DNA from: Octopus vulgaris
Lineage: Eukaryota
Direction of reading: 5' to 3'
DNA length: 64,000 nucleotides
Assembly (NCBI GenBank): GCA_951406725.2
Contig: OX597815.1
Span: 109,368,001 to 109,432,000, forward strand
In this document: piece by piece, positions 25,949-38,863 of the stretch
How positions within the stretch are numbered: position 1 is the stretch's first letter
Layout of the letters: each line of letters begins with the position of its first letter
The notes under the pieces: generated by a model
The model's database searches: none
What the model was told of the DNA's origin: nothing
Seen by the model: the letters and a program-made list of their open reading frames with translations, nothing else
Program-made: the position numbers and the translations under genes

Positions 25949-26152
25949 TAATCCAAACAAGAAAGCACAAAAAACATAACAACGCGAGGACTGGAACAAA
26001 TATAGTATTATTGGACGCTCAGGAAAGAAGGAAAGAAGGAGGGTTTAACGTTTCGAGCGGAGCTCTTCGTCGGAAACATAGGAGAAGGAAATATCCAGAG
26101 AAAGGAAGACAGAGGAAAAAAATCGCCAACGGTACACACGTGGTCACATTTT
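25945..26152 (-). mobile_element. Penelope-like terminal-repeat relic between (TA)n tracts
   Basis: Same layout as 7796-7960 (..gacgctcagga...cgtttcgagc..gctcttcg..gaaa..); carries a hammerhead-like motif. Confidence 0.65.
26043..26077 (-). ncRNA. Minimal hammerhead-like motif, variant core CCGACGA
   Basis: GTTT-CCGACGA-A-GAGC-tcc-GCTC-GAAA-CGTT-AAAC. Confidence 0.6.
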
Positions 26153-26179
26153 GAATATATATATATATATATATATATA

Positions 26180-26892
26180 CGAGCAAAACGCCCCCCGTCC
26201 AATGGACGGTTGTGAGTTGTCAAACATTTAAACCAAATTTTCTCAAAATAACTTGTTCGACCGTCCCATAGGCCTCCTCTTTGAGAAACTCTGATTTAAC
26301 CTAAATTTGAGACACCAACAAAAGAAGAAATAAAGATAGACTTTTTCTACGATTTTATTCACACAAATATGCAACCGAAGAGTTTAAAGTGCCAGTAATG
26401 ATAAGGCTGTTGACTGGGATAACACAAACATGATTTAGACAGTAAGCTTGGCAGGAAGGAAACGTACCTTTAAGCAGTACAAAAACAACAAAAAATGGAA
26501 GGTACAGTTATGTACAGGTTGACGAAAGAAAAGCAGGACAAAAACGATGCATGCAAATGGGTTAGCTGGAGGTAAATCTAGATGGAAAATCATGATGAAT
26601 TTATGAGAACGTACCTGAGATAATAATAAGGAAGGTCTCGTAATAAACTGCACGTGCATTTTTCTCGCGTACGCGATCGCAACAGCTGATGTACTTGCGA
26701 GTACAAATGCACGTTCCCTCGGCTTTATCGATCGCATTCTCACCTGGAATCGATTTTTGTAATTTTTTCAAGACTTATAGACGCCCTGATACTGTCGGTA
26801 TCTACATATCAAATTTGAGCGCAATTAGATGGAGGATGCCCGAGATCCTAGAAGACAAACACAGACAGACAGAACGGACTTTATATAATAGA
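26180..26892 (-). mobile_element. Non-autonomous Helitron-like element
   Basis: Minus strand starts A|TCTATTATATAAAG followed by a short (GTCT)n; it ends with hairpin CCGTCC-att-GGACGG, 11 nt, then CTCG|T; no TSD. Confidence 0.65.
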
Positions 26893-28173
26893 TGTATACT
26901 AATATACATGTAAGAGCATATGCGTGTATGCGCGTGCGCGAAAATGTGTGAATTGACCTGTTCTGGGTGGAGTGAAGAAGTATAGATAGCATCAGATTTA
27001 AAAGTGGTTCCGTCCACATGGAGGAGAGTCCGTCTAATGTATGCATGGTGCTCATCAACGATGACGACAACGGCGGCGCAGCGGTGATGGTGACAGCGGT
27101 GGTAGCGAAGGCGGTGACGGGAAGTGGCAGCGATAGCGGTGGTGTCGACGGTGATGGTGGCGGAGGTGGTGGTGGTGGGGGCGACAACAATGGTGAAGAC
27201 GGCGGTGGCGGTGGCGGTGACGGCGACGGTGGAAACGGCCTTGGTGGTACCCATTGGTACCACTACGATCATCATAAGCACCATGGGGGTAATAAGCCTT
27301 ATGAACTGTTCATGCCAATTACAAGGCTCCGCTCTCTGAATACAAAATCTTGGTTCTTCCCCAGCAGTTCTGGTAAGTAGGTTATTTCCAACCTGCTAAA
27401 AAAATAAAGTAAATAATTCAGAATCTCTTCAAAAATCAACAAATTTTATTCACTTTGCAAAATTCTATCGATAATAGAATTTCAATTAGTTTTCTACTTT
27501 TAATTTTTTCAATGAAACCGTGTAAATCTATAGTTGATAAATATTCAGTTATTTAAAAGTAAATAAGACCTACTCTGCAAGTTTTCATGGAAAATAGATT
27601 TCTTTTAGGTTATAGCAAAGTCCTCCGTGATAAGCTGTGACACTCTTGTCTTCGATTCAAGGCAGTGAACTTTGGACCAAATTAACTCCTCAATTTTGAA
27701 GCTTACTCGCTGCTCCGAATCTTGCGTAAATTATTTATATATAGCTTCCTATCTTCATTTTCATTATGAATAGATAAAGAAAGAAAGAAAGAAACAAACA
27801 AACAAATGGTACAGATTTTACACATAAATGGCTTCAAAATTAATTTTTATATTCTCCAAACTAATAATTTCAGAAATAAAACAACAGCAGTTGTGATATA
27901 CAAGCGACAAAAACTATACTGTGACCAATAGTTTAAAAAATTGAGAAAAATTATTTTCCGTTTCTCTTTCATATTATTCATTCCCCGCGTCATAAAAACG
28001 TCTTAAAAAATAAAACCTTCACTAACAATATGAGAATGTGGTCAAAAACATTATAAAGGTGACAGATAACTATTCCAGTATATTTGAAATATAAAACAAA
28101 GTGAACTGAAATTGTGTTATGGACAAGGGCTCGATACTGCCTTACTACTACTATACCAATTACCCAAACTATT

Positions 28174-28281
28174 ACAGGGTGATCCAAAAGTCACGAAGCA
28201 TGTGGTGTCACATCCGAAGCCCTCTCAGATTGTACTCAGAGCTCACAATATGTAGTCAAACATCGTAATTTTGGGTCACCG
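28174..28281. mobile_element. Tiny Tc1/mariner-type MITE
   Basis: ta|cagggtgatccaaaagtcacga at the left end and tcgtaattttgggtcaccg|ta at the right end. Confidence 0.55.
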
Positions 28282-28294
28282 TATACTCTACTCT

Positions 28295-28420
28295 CTCTTT
28301 TACTCTTTTACTTGTTTCAGTCATTTGATTGCGGCCATGCTGGAGCACCGCCTTTAATCGAGCAACTCGACCCCAGGACTTATTTTTTGTAAGCCTAGTA
28401 CTTATTCTATCGGTCTCTTT
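28295..28420 (-). mobile_element. SINE family A tail module
   Basis: tactcttttacttgtttcagtcatttga...ttattctatcggtctcttt. Confidence 0.9.
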
Positions 28421-28422
28421 TA

Positions 28423-28795
28423 CTGTATGGTAGGTAGCTTGTTTACCAACCACATGGTTCCGGGTTCAGTCCCACTGCGTGGCGCCTTGGGCAAGTGTCT
28501 TCTACTATAGCCTCGGGCCGACCAAGGCCTCGTGAGTGGATTTGGTAGATGGAAACTGAAAAAGCCCGTCGTATGTATGTATATGTTTGTGTGTGTGTGT
28601 GTGTGTGTGTTTGTGTTTGTCCCCCAACATCGCTGGACAACCGATGCTGGTGTGTTTACGTATCCGTAACTTAGCGGTTCGGCAAAAGACACTGATAGAA
28701 TAAGTATTAGGCCTACAAAGAATAAGTCCTGGGGGCGATTTGCTCGACTAAAGGTGGTGCTCCAGCATGGCCGCAGTCAAATGACTGAAACAAGT

Positions 28796-28803
<8 letters not shown>
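28423..28803 (+). mobile_element. SINE family A, near full length
   Basis: accaaccacatggttccgggttcagtccc...ccttgggcaagtgtcttc...(tg)n...gactgaaacaagtaaaagag. Confidence 0.92.
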
Positions 28804-28857
<54 letters not shown>

Positions 28858-29247
28858 ACGCGAGTGTGTATTCACATGCGTGTCACGCTTTATCGTTTAC
28901 ATTCAACAAAACTTCGAATTCACTTCACCCTGAACATCTTTTTTGCAACAAAGTGAGGCAGGGAGAGTTCTAGAAATGGAATTATTTATTTTGATACTTC
29001 TTAGAATGATCGTTTCCTTTCATTATTCGCTTTTCCTAAATTTGTACACAGTGTAACACATTTTTTCAGTGCTGTTATTCATTCACCTTTTATATGTATC
29101 ACTTCTCTTCTCTTCCGAAGATAATTTCACTTTAGAAGAGCGTTATTTTTCTCTAATAGTAAAACAGAATGTTGAGTAAAGCAAATTAACCATTATTTAA
29201 ATTCTGTAGTATGCCTATCCAGACGACTTTTGCTTTTTTATACATAC

Positions 29248-29523
29248 AGGCGTAGAAGTGGCTGTGTAGTAAGTAGCTTGTTTACCAACCACATGGTACA
29301 TATGTATATATATATATGTGTGTGTGTTTGTCCCCCTAGCATTGCTTGACAACCGAAGCTGGTGTGTTTATGTCCCCGTTACTTAGCGGTTCGGCAAAAG
29401 AGACCGATAGAATAAGTACTGGGCTTACAAAAGAATAAGTCCCGGGGTGGAGTTGCTCGATTAAAGGCGGTGCTCCAGCATGGCCGCAGTCAAATGACTG
29501 AAACAAGTAAAAGAGTAAAAGAA
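29248..29523 (+). mobile_element. SINE family A, internally deleted
   Basis: Head ggcgtagaagtggctgtg...accacatggt joins directly to the microsatellite and tail. Confidence 0.88.
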
Positions 29524-29864
29524 TATATTACGGATAAAGAAGGACCACTGGAGAAAAAAAACAGCAGGAAACAGATAAAGACGAAAAATAATAAAATGAC
29601 AAAGTGACGATTCCAAATTCCAATGGAAACAAAAACATTTGACAAAGAAATATGTAGTAATGGAATTGAAAACATTTAGATAAGAATAGATTTTAGAAAT
29701 CATGTTTTATACGAAAACATGATTGAAGTTACTATTGTTACATACATATGGTGAACATTTTGGAAAATATGGTGCTGAACAATAATTAAACTGGTACCGT
29801 CTAATACCAGTCTGCCAGTCATCTTCATGTATTTCAGTTCCATTTCAGAAGACTGTCTATCTGC

Positions 29865-29938
<74 letters not shown>

Positions 29939-29999
29939 GTCTATCTATCTATCTATCTATCTGTCTGTCTGTCTGTCTGTCTATCTAATAATACATACA

Positions 30000-30033
<34 letters not shown>

Positions 30034-30036
<3 letters not shown>

Positions 30037-31660
30037 TTGCGGTCAAAATGTTCAGAACGGCATTGTTTTCGACAGAAAAGTAGATATAAGTTTTTATCAA
30101 AGTTGTTTTATGTTCTATAATTTTCACAGACAATAAATACAATATTATTTGTTATTGTCTGAGATTTTGGTGTAATTTGAGGAGAATACAAAAGTTATGG
30201 ATGATTTAGTGATTTACTACAAAACCCATGGCGGCCAAAATTATCAGAACGGTTGAAAAAATAAAAAAATAATCAAAAATGACAGAGAATACTGGAATTA
30301 TTTAATATTTAGTGTGAAGCCCTTTAGCTTCAATCACACTTTGACATCTTCGACTGTATGAGGAAATTAAACTTTCAATTTCTTGCTAGGTGATCTTATT
30401 CCATTTTTCCTGAAGGGCATTCCATAATTGCTCGGTTGTTTTAGGATTTCTGGCTTTCGAACGTTCTCCTAGAATATTCCACACATTTTCAATAGGATTG
30501 ATATCTGGGCTTTGAGCAGGCCAATCCATAATAATAACCTTTTCAGCCTTGAGGAAGTTCATGACCACCTTAACCTTGTGACATGTGTCATTGTCCTGCA
30601 TGAATATGGGTGATCGCTTAGTTGAATTTTTCAGCACAGGCAAGACATGATCTTTTACAAGTTGTTAATAAACTCCTGCATTTACCTTTCCGTGTAATCG
30701 CACCAAAGATCCCACACCATCTCCAGATATCATCCCCCAAACCATGACACTTCCTCCACCGAATTTAACACTAGTCTTAAGGCATTTAGGCGACAATTTT
30801 TCACCTAGTTTTCAACGAACGTACATTTTCCCATCTGAGCCAAATAACATAAACTTAGATACATCACTGAAATGCACCGTTTGCCATTTTTCTTGAGACC
30901 ACAACACATGTTCGGTTGCAAAGGTAAGACGACACTTTTTATTTTTGGAGCTGATCAGTGGCTTCACTGCAGGTGCTCTTGCTTGTAGGTCATGTTCAAC
31001 TAAATGATGAGACACAGTTTTTCGAGATAAAGTTTTCTTCGGTACAATGCTCATTTCCCGAGAAACAGCAGCAGCAGTTTTAAATCTGTCCTTTTTAACC
31101 AACTTTACCATAGTATGATCTTCTCTCTTGGTCGTTTTTCTTGGCCTACCTGTAGACTTTCTTGCTTCACACGAACCACAATCATTGTAGACCTTAAGAA
31201 TACCGTGAACAACACTTTTTGACTTGTTAACAATCTTTGCAATAGACCCAATACTTAAATTATCCTTCTTTCGAAGCTTAATAATCTGCTGACGAATTGG
31301 TAACGAAGTAAGTGGCATTATATTAACAAAGTACACTGCAGATATTCTTACGAATGTTTAGTAAACGAACCGTCACGTAAACAAATTAAAAACATTAGAG
31401 TTCGCCGGTTAAATATACTAAAACACGGAGTAAAAGCAACCGTTCTGATCATTTTGGCCGCCATGGCTTTTGCAGTAAATCACTAAATCATCCATAACTT
31501 TTGTATTATCCTCTCAAATTACACCAAACTCTCAGACAATAACAAATAATATCGTATTTATTGTCTGTGAAAATTATAGAATATAAAACAACTTTGATAA
31601 AAACTTATTCCTACTTTTCTGTCGAAAACTTTGCCGTTATGAACATTTTGGCCGCAACAG
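30034..31660 (-). mobile_element. Full-length Tc1-family transposon of IR/DR type
   Basis: TA-flanked; ~220-bp TIRs (30034-30254 and 31437-31660), each with the direct repeat gcgg(t/c)caaaat..tcagaacgg at both ends; internal transposase gene. Confidence 0.95.
30302..31318 (-). pseudogene. Tc1 DD34E transposase, 338 codons, three in-frame stops and no frameshift
   Basis: MPLTSLPIRQQII...GRPRKTT (GRPR), FSDVSKF, VKFGGGSVMVWG, FMQDND-[34 aa]-SPDINPIENVW, ...AKGLHTKY*. ORFs 30812-31336 and 30386-30643 share one frame. Confidence 0.93.
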
Positions 31661-31699
31661 TATATATACACACACACCCATATACATATATATATGTAT

Positions 31700-31865
31700 T
31701 TGAAATTTACAGCAAAAAACAAAAGACGAAGACCGGTGTATGAACAACAAGCAGGTGTTTTTGTCTGGCGCTTGGGAAAATGAAAAAGTCTTTTACGTTT
31801 CGAGACTACGGTCTTCAACAGAAAGGAATAAAAGAAAATAAATACAGAGCGAATAAAAAATTAGT

Positions 31866-31909
<44 letters not shown>

Positions 31910-31996
31910 TTTTTAATTCTTCCCGAGCGTCAAACTAATACATTTGTTTGTTGTTCATACACCTGTCTTCGTCTATTTTTTCTATAAATTTCAACT
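31700..31996. mobile_element. Penelope-like terminal-repeat relic with an inverted partial copy around (TA)n
   Basis: 31700-31790 is complementary to 31907-31995; minus-strand motif CTTT-CTGTTGA-AGAC-cgta-GTCT-C-GAAA-CGTA-AAAG at 31790-31825. Confidence 0.7.
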
Positions 31997-32055
31997 ATAC
32001 ATACATACATACATACATACATACATACATACATACATGCATACATACATACATA

Positions 32056-32263
32056 GGTGCTCTGGAATATGTAGCACACTGCCTAAATACCAATCCTCAG
32101 AAATTGAGCTTCTCAAAACCATCACTGGGCATGTAAAAATCTTTTAAACTTTCCAGACGTTTAGCATTTAAACATATATGAGCATGTCCAGATATGCAAC
32201 TATATGCATGAGAATACATACATAAAGCAAAATATACAAATCTGCACATATACATACATACAT

Positions 32264-32300
<37 letters not shown>

Positions 32301-32444
32301 GAGACAGACAGACAGACAAACAGACAGACAACCAAAAATATCCTGTTGTTGATGTTGAAATTCCAATGAAGGAGCCCTGGATGTAGGTTAGAAGCTGGCT
32401 CTTTCTCTATTGGCAAAAAATCTTGAAATAAAACTGAACAATGA
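32056..32444 (+). mobile_element. R4-clade element 3' end between (CATA)n arrays
   Basis: GALEYVAHCLNTN followed by a 3' UTR ending aaataaaactgaacaatga|catacatac; homologous to 33510-33870 and 43210-43700. Confidence 0.85.
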
Positions 32445-32463
32445 CATACATACATACATACAT

Positions 32464-33870
32464 ATTGTTTCCTCTGTCTCTGATGAGGAATGTTATGGGA
32501 GTGGATGAAAACGTATTACAATGGCACCTGGAACAAAACACGTGTCACTAAAGAATATTACAGTCAAAAAATAAAATTTGGACCTCGGAATTCTCTGCAT
32601 TCAATAAAACAGTGGCCTGTAATGTGTTAGCAGTGGCAGTACTCATACATACATTTGGGCTGCTTGAGTGGACGCTTGATGAGTTCCGAGCCATTGATGT
32701 GAAAACCCAGAAGATACTAAAATGCACACATAATTTCCACATCAACAGTGACTTAGACCGCCTCTACCTAAAACGAAAACAAGGCAGCAGAGGCTTAACA
32801 TCGATCCACACTGCTTTTCAATGTCGCATCACATCCTTCCGGTACCATCTTTTAACCACCAAGTGTCGAAGTGTATCCTTTGACCAAGCTTGATTATATT
32901 AGTAGAAAGTTCCAAGACGATAGTAACATTGATCATCAAAGCAGTATATCATGGACCAACAACTGGATTGCTACCTCCCACTTTGAAAGTTATGCGTTTG
33001 CAATCCAGGAACAGGAAATATCACCCAAATATCTAATGCACAAAAAGGACAGAGATGTAGGAAAATCAGTAAAATGTGACAACAGATGTAGATTTTGTGG
33101 GGTCAACACCAAAGATATCACACACATCATAAGCAATTGTCCAAAAATGTCCGAAAATAAGACAAGATGTAGCTAGGACACTCTATAATGAAATCCATCT
33201 GATGGATAACACCGAGGACAAAGAAATAAGAACCCAAAGTATGGTAGAAGCCATAGCTACTCATAATAAAAAGGAGTACTAGTGGAATGTTCCTATGAAC
33301 ACCTCAATAAAATGTAAATACAGTAGACCTGATATAATGACTTGGGACAGAGAAGAGAAACTGAGCACAGTTGTGGAAATCAGCTGCCCAGCGGATCTTA
33401 ACATAAAGCTGAAGATCAGCGAGAAAGAGAGTACCTAAACTGAACTATTGAGAAATCTGGAGTTATTTTATCCAGATTACAAGTTCAGGTTTATACCAGT
33501 AATTATCAGGGCCCTTGGATATGTAAATACCAATCTAAAATACTATCTAAATAACAATCTTGAGAAATTAGGCTTCTCAAAACCAGAAAGGGGAAAGCTA
33601 ATTCGAAGACTACAGATCTAATCCATCACAGGAACTGTAAAACCTGTAAAACTTTCCAAAAGTATATCATTTAAGTATATATGAGCATGTCTCGACAGGC
33701 ATCTCTATACATGAGAATACATTCATAAAACAAAACATAAAAATCTGCACAATTGCATGCATACAAAAACACCCTGTTGGTGTTGAAATTCCAATGAAGG
33801 AGCTATGGATCTAGGTTCAAAACCAGCTTTTCTATTAGCAAGAAATCTTAAAATAAAACTGAATAATGAC
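32464..33870 (+). mobile_element. R4-clade non-LTR retrotransposon, 5'-truncated, in (CATA)n
   Basis: LSAFNKTVACNVLAVAVLIHTFG, HNFHINSDLDRLYLKRKQGSRGL, FAIQEQEI, CRFCGVNTKDITHIISNC (CCHC), RPDIMTWDREEK..VVEISCP (RLE). Confidence 0.92.
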
Positions 33871-33906
33871 ATACATATATACATACATGCATGTTTACAT
33901 ACATAC

Positions 33907-33939
<33 letters not shown>

Positions 33940-33941
33940 CA

Positions 33942-33977
<36 letters not shown>

Positions 33978-34325
33978 TACATACATACATGCATACCTCG
34001 TGTTATGTGATCTACCTAGTTAGGCCCTTTAAAAGTACTAAGCTAATCGTTAGTTCATAAAGTGTCAGACAATGCATTGTGGATCGATATTTGACTAAAC
34101 AACTGGAAGTTAGTTGCCGAAGCATAGCTATGTCCACTGAGAAAAACCTGTAAAAGAACAGAAGTTAAATATAACCTCGTTGTCAATGAGTGTTTTAATA
34201 GTTAAATAGATAAGGGACGTGTAAGCAACTTGCAAATAATCTGACCAACTTAATTCATTTTAAAGCAAGAAAACAAATTTTATAACTCAATATGAGCATT
34301 AAATTTTTTTCATTTATAATTTTAT

Positions 34326-34326
34326 A

Positions 34327-34406
<80 letters not shown>
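34326..34406. repeat. (ATT)n microsatellite
   Basis: Visible directly in the sequence. Confidence 0.95.
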
Positions 34407-34408
<2 letters not shown>

Positions 34409-35387
34409 TTATATATTTTACAAATTTATGCTAATTCGAAAGCCTTGTCTTTATGTTGTTGTTTTTTCATATTTAAAGGCATGAAACTAACAGTTAAATG
34501 ATTAAATAATTCAGAGACATGATAAGTATAAAATCGATAGGTAATTTGTTATAAGCATGAATCATGCGTTCAAAGCAAATTTATTTAAATTAAATACTTA
34601 TCGAGTAATTCATTTATCACTTCTTTGGCAAGTGCAGAAAGTCGGTTTGAAGAATAAGAATTAAAGATGCTTAGTATTGCCAAATTCACTCGAATAGCAG
34701 CCTGCTGTTTGAAACATTGGTTAAGACTTCACGGAATAGCATCTTGAAATGTTGAGATATCGGGATTTCAGGATCGCGGGCCACAACATCTTGTCACCAG
34801 ATACTGAGATTCTAACCTAAACAACAAATTCGAGTTCTGACCAAAGATTTCGTTACAACTACTGAAAAGAAAAAACACCGTCAAAACTACCTCAAACACA
34901 CTAATGCATTGAAAACGGTCAGTGCACATTGGATAATGTAGTCCTAGATTCCCAGTGTGAAGCAAGTCAGAGAAAGGTGATTCCAGTGATTCATTATTCA
35001 CGGCGAGGTTAGATGATAAAATGAAAAGAACACAGCTGAGACGAATAAGGTTCGAAAAAATGTGGAACTGAAGTACGTCAAGATTCATTGTTTTCACCCG
35101 CTCATTATATAAGATGCAAGTCGCCTCCTACAGATCTGCTACGATGGACTTTATCAAACGCTAATTGCAAAGTTTAAAAGTTATTACTTTTTTTTATACC
35201 AGCCAAAACTGATTATAAGTGGATAGAGAGGCAATACTTAGGGCCAGTAACAAGGTGATCTGGCAGTCATGAGCAAAGACTTGAAATGGAATGCATTATT
35301 TTACTGATGACCTTTCTAATGTCTGGCGGGCACAGATTTTATCTGGTTTTATCTGTAGGTTGTATGCAAATAAACTACTGTTTCAAA

Positions 35388-35693
35388 ATGAAACGGGACG
35401 GTCAGGATTGCAATGCCTTTGAATATAGATGTGCTTGATCGGAGCAGACCTGGGTTAAGCAACACTATTACGACCTGTTAGAGATAGCAATCAAAACTCC
35501 TGTTAGAGATAGCAATCAAAACTCCTGTTAGAGATAGCAATCAAAACTCCTACATACCTCAAGCTGCTTGTTTTTAGAAAGGGTACATGGAAAAATATAA
35601 AAAAGAATGCAAAAGAGAAACATCGAAATGGTTACGGTTAGAATGTGTTTAGGTCAGATAAATGTAGTATCAAGGTTGATCAAGAGCAGCAAC
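35388..35693 (+). repeat. Old interspersed repeat (family D) fragments with a 25-bp x3 tandem duplication
   Basis: cctgttagagatagcaatcaaaact is repeated three times at 35474-35550; related to 54790-54905 (-) and 59612-59812 (+) through gacctg(t/c)tagaaa(t/a)agcag. Confidence 0.6.
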
Positions 35694-37624
35694 GATTAAG
35701 ACCTTGAGCAAAACGATTATGCTGACCAGTTTTCATTGCCGGACAAAATCAACCTTATTCACTTCGCTATTAAGACTTCTTGGAGAGCCAATAACATTTA
35801 ACAAGCTCTTTGTATTCTTGCTGCTTACACACACACACACACAAACACACAAATACACACACATGCTCACACGTATTTATATGTAGATGTGTATATATAT
35901 AGATATATTTATATATATGTGTGTGTATGCCTATATATATATATATACACATAAATATATATATATACATATACATACACATATATGAGTAAGTGTGTGT
36001 GCGTCTGTGTATGTATGTATGTATGTATGTATGTATGTATGTATGTATGTATGTATATTGATTAGTGTCTAACTCACTGATCTTTCATTATACACCCACA
36101 AGGAATGAATTGTATTAATTAAACTCACCAGTACTATAATATTTTGATTATATACTTTAATTATAATTAGTATGTCACTAACCGGCGGAATCGTTAATTG
36201 CTATGTTAATCTACATCCTCTCGTTTTGTTTTGTTTTAAAAATAGGTTATAATGTAGAATTAATTTCCTTATTATAACAGAATAATTAAGCAGTTTATAT
36301 CTCTTTTACTAAAACCTTATTGTATGGGCGTCTGTCTGTTTGTCTCTCTGTCATGCTTTGACCTTTACTACTACAATTAAAAGAGCTGACATCTTTTTGC
36401 AATGAAGTGTTTGGCTGTATGTAAGGGTTTTCAAGAATTTTACCCTGTACTGTGTGTTGAATTCATAGTGTGTAGAAGGAAGTTGTGTAAGAAATATCAT
36501 AATGCACATTCATTTACGCATCAGAAGAATTATATGACAAAGATTTTCATTTTATTTACTTTTCCTGAGATTGTAATACAGTTTGTCTCGATTGAAAACC
36601 ATCTAAATTGAAAACCATCAGTTTTCTCTGTACGTCACTAATTAATTAGTTTGTTTTGAAACTTCCTAGAAATTTTAATTGTAATATGTTTTTATCGAAA
36701 TGGACTTCTAACGATTCTTTAACTATTGAAGATTTCAAGTGCAGAAAACTAATTTTTATTCTCTGCGAGATAACGTTTTTTAACACCACAAACTAGCGTT
36801 TCCATTTTGCCTTTTCTCTCTCTTATACACTTCATTTCTCTATTTTGTACAGACATATCAGTAAAAACACTTCTTCAAATCATAAATTTAATTAGCCTCA
36901 GCCAAATTATGTTGATTCCAGTGTCCTTTCATATTTGTGTTTTGAAGAAGAAAAATGGTTTTAATTTATTTACGTAAGATCTACCAAATTAAAACTTGTA
37001 TATATAAATTAGCTATTAACTGACGAAGTAAAACGAGTCTTGAACACGCGCATCGTCAGCTTAAAAATATATTCTGTATCATACAATAGTCTAGTGACAA
37101 TTTCTTTTCAATGAGTGCTTTCTTTTCAATTTGTTTTCTCTGTGTTATTCTAGGAAAAGGACTTCTTTATTTCTGTCATATCTATATTACAGAAGAATAG
37201 GAATATAATTTTTTTCTACACCAGTAATACAGTTTTAAGAGATGAAATTAACTATTTGTAAATACACAGTGTTACTTAGCCAAAAAGCATTTCTTTCTAT
37301 GCAACAACAATCGATAAAAGAGTATTAGAAAGGGAAGGAAGACCATGACGCTATTATTTCCCTATACACTTCACGTTGGTTGAAACTGAAATTTGTGACA
37401 CACATATAAGTGTGTATATTGCATCTCTTTCGCTCTCCTTCTCTCTCTCTCTCTCTCTCTCTCCCCATCTCTCTCTACACACACATATGCACACAGACAC
37501 ATAATCATGCGAGTCCACATACATACCTTTATGCGTTGACTTACTTTTGGCGTCTAACTTTTGGCGGGGTCTTTATCTACACCTTATTTCATATTCAACC
37601 CCATCAATATTTCATATACTCTAG

Positions 37625-37839
37625 GGCGGCGAGCTGGCAGAAACGTTAGCACGCCGGGCGAAATGCTTAGCAGTATTTCGTCTGTCTTTACGTTCTGAGT
37701 TCAAATTCCGCCGAGGTCGACTTTGCCGTTCATCCTTTCGAGGTCGATAAATTAAGTACCAGTTGCGTACCGGGGTCGATCTAATCGACTGGCCCCTTAC
37801 CCCTAAAATTTCGGGCCTTGTGCCTAGAGTATAAAAGAA
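37625..37839 (+). mobile_element. SINE family B, full length
   Basis: ggcggcgagctggcagaaacgttagc...gagttcaaattcc (B-box-like)...catcctttcgaggtcgataaattaagtaccag...gcctagagtataaaagaat. Confidence 0.9.
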
Positions 37840-37949
37840 TATATTATATACTCTCATCCAATCCCACCATCGATTCTTCAATATGTAATTTCATTTGATA
37901 TATTTTATTTCCGTCATTCTTATACTTGTTTATTTGTCCTCGTTTTCTT

Positions 37950-38362
37950 TTTATCCTTGACTCGTTTCAGTCATTGAACTACGATCATGCTTTCAGCAAC
38001 CTCATGAAGGGGTTAGTTGAACAAATCGATACCAGAACAACAGTACGTTTTTTTTTTCTTTTTAATGCCTGGTGCTTATTCTATCGTTCTCTATTGCAGA
38101 ACCACTAAGTTAAGGGGACGTAAACAAGTAAACATCAGTTGTCAAGCGGTAATGGGAACAAAAACGTTACAAACACACACACACGCACGCACACACAAAT
38201 ACATACATCCACATATATACAACAGGTTTCTGCCCTCCAAATTCATTGACAAACATTAGTTGGCTTGATTCTATCGTAAAAGACACCAGATCAAGGTGCC
38301 ATATAGGAGCAGTGAAACCAAAATTAGCAGTTGCAAAGTTTCTCAACTACACAACCATGCCA
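37950..38362 (-). mobile_element. SINE family A, old copy
   Basis: Decayed gtttcagtcattg...ggggacgtaaac...gttgtcaagcgg...caaggtgcca. Confidence 0.7.
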
Positions 38363-38570
38363 GTGACTTTACATATTTTTGAATGGATACATTTTCATTC
38401 GTTTGTGTGTGTATGACTGATTGCAACTTCTATATGTTTGCGTATATACTTATGTAATTGTTTGTTTGCCCGTTCCTGTACGCTTGAACATATATAACTT
38501 TATAATATAAGAAATGAATAAAAATGGGTGAATATAAGTTTGAATGTACGTACGTATCTTTGTGTACATG

Positions 38571-38601
<31 letters not shown>

Positions 38602-38768
38602 GTGTGTGTATGTATGTATGTATGTATGTATGTATGTATGTATGTATGTATGTGTGTATATATATATATATGTATGTATGTATGCATGTATGTATGTGTA
38701 TATATATATATTATGTATGTATGTATGTATGTATGTATGTGTATATACATATATATATATATGTATAT

Positions 38769-38863
<95 letters not shown>

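Noticed and set aside
27018-27380. Gly/Asp-rich ORF in a GC-rich patch
   Set aside because: Decayed (GGT/GGC/GAC)n trinucleotide sequence, open in several frames by composition alone.
37018-37060. ctgacgaag...gaacacgcgcatcgtcag as a hammerhead relic
   Set aside because: GAAA is broken and stem II is weak; a simple ctgacga/tcgtcag hairpin explains it.
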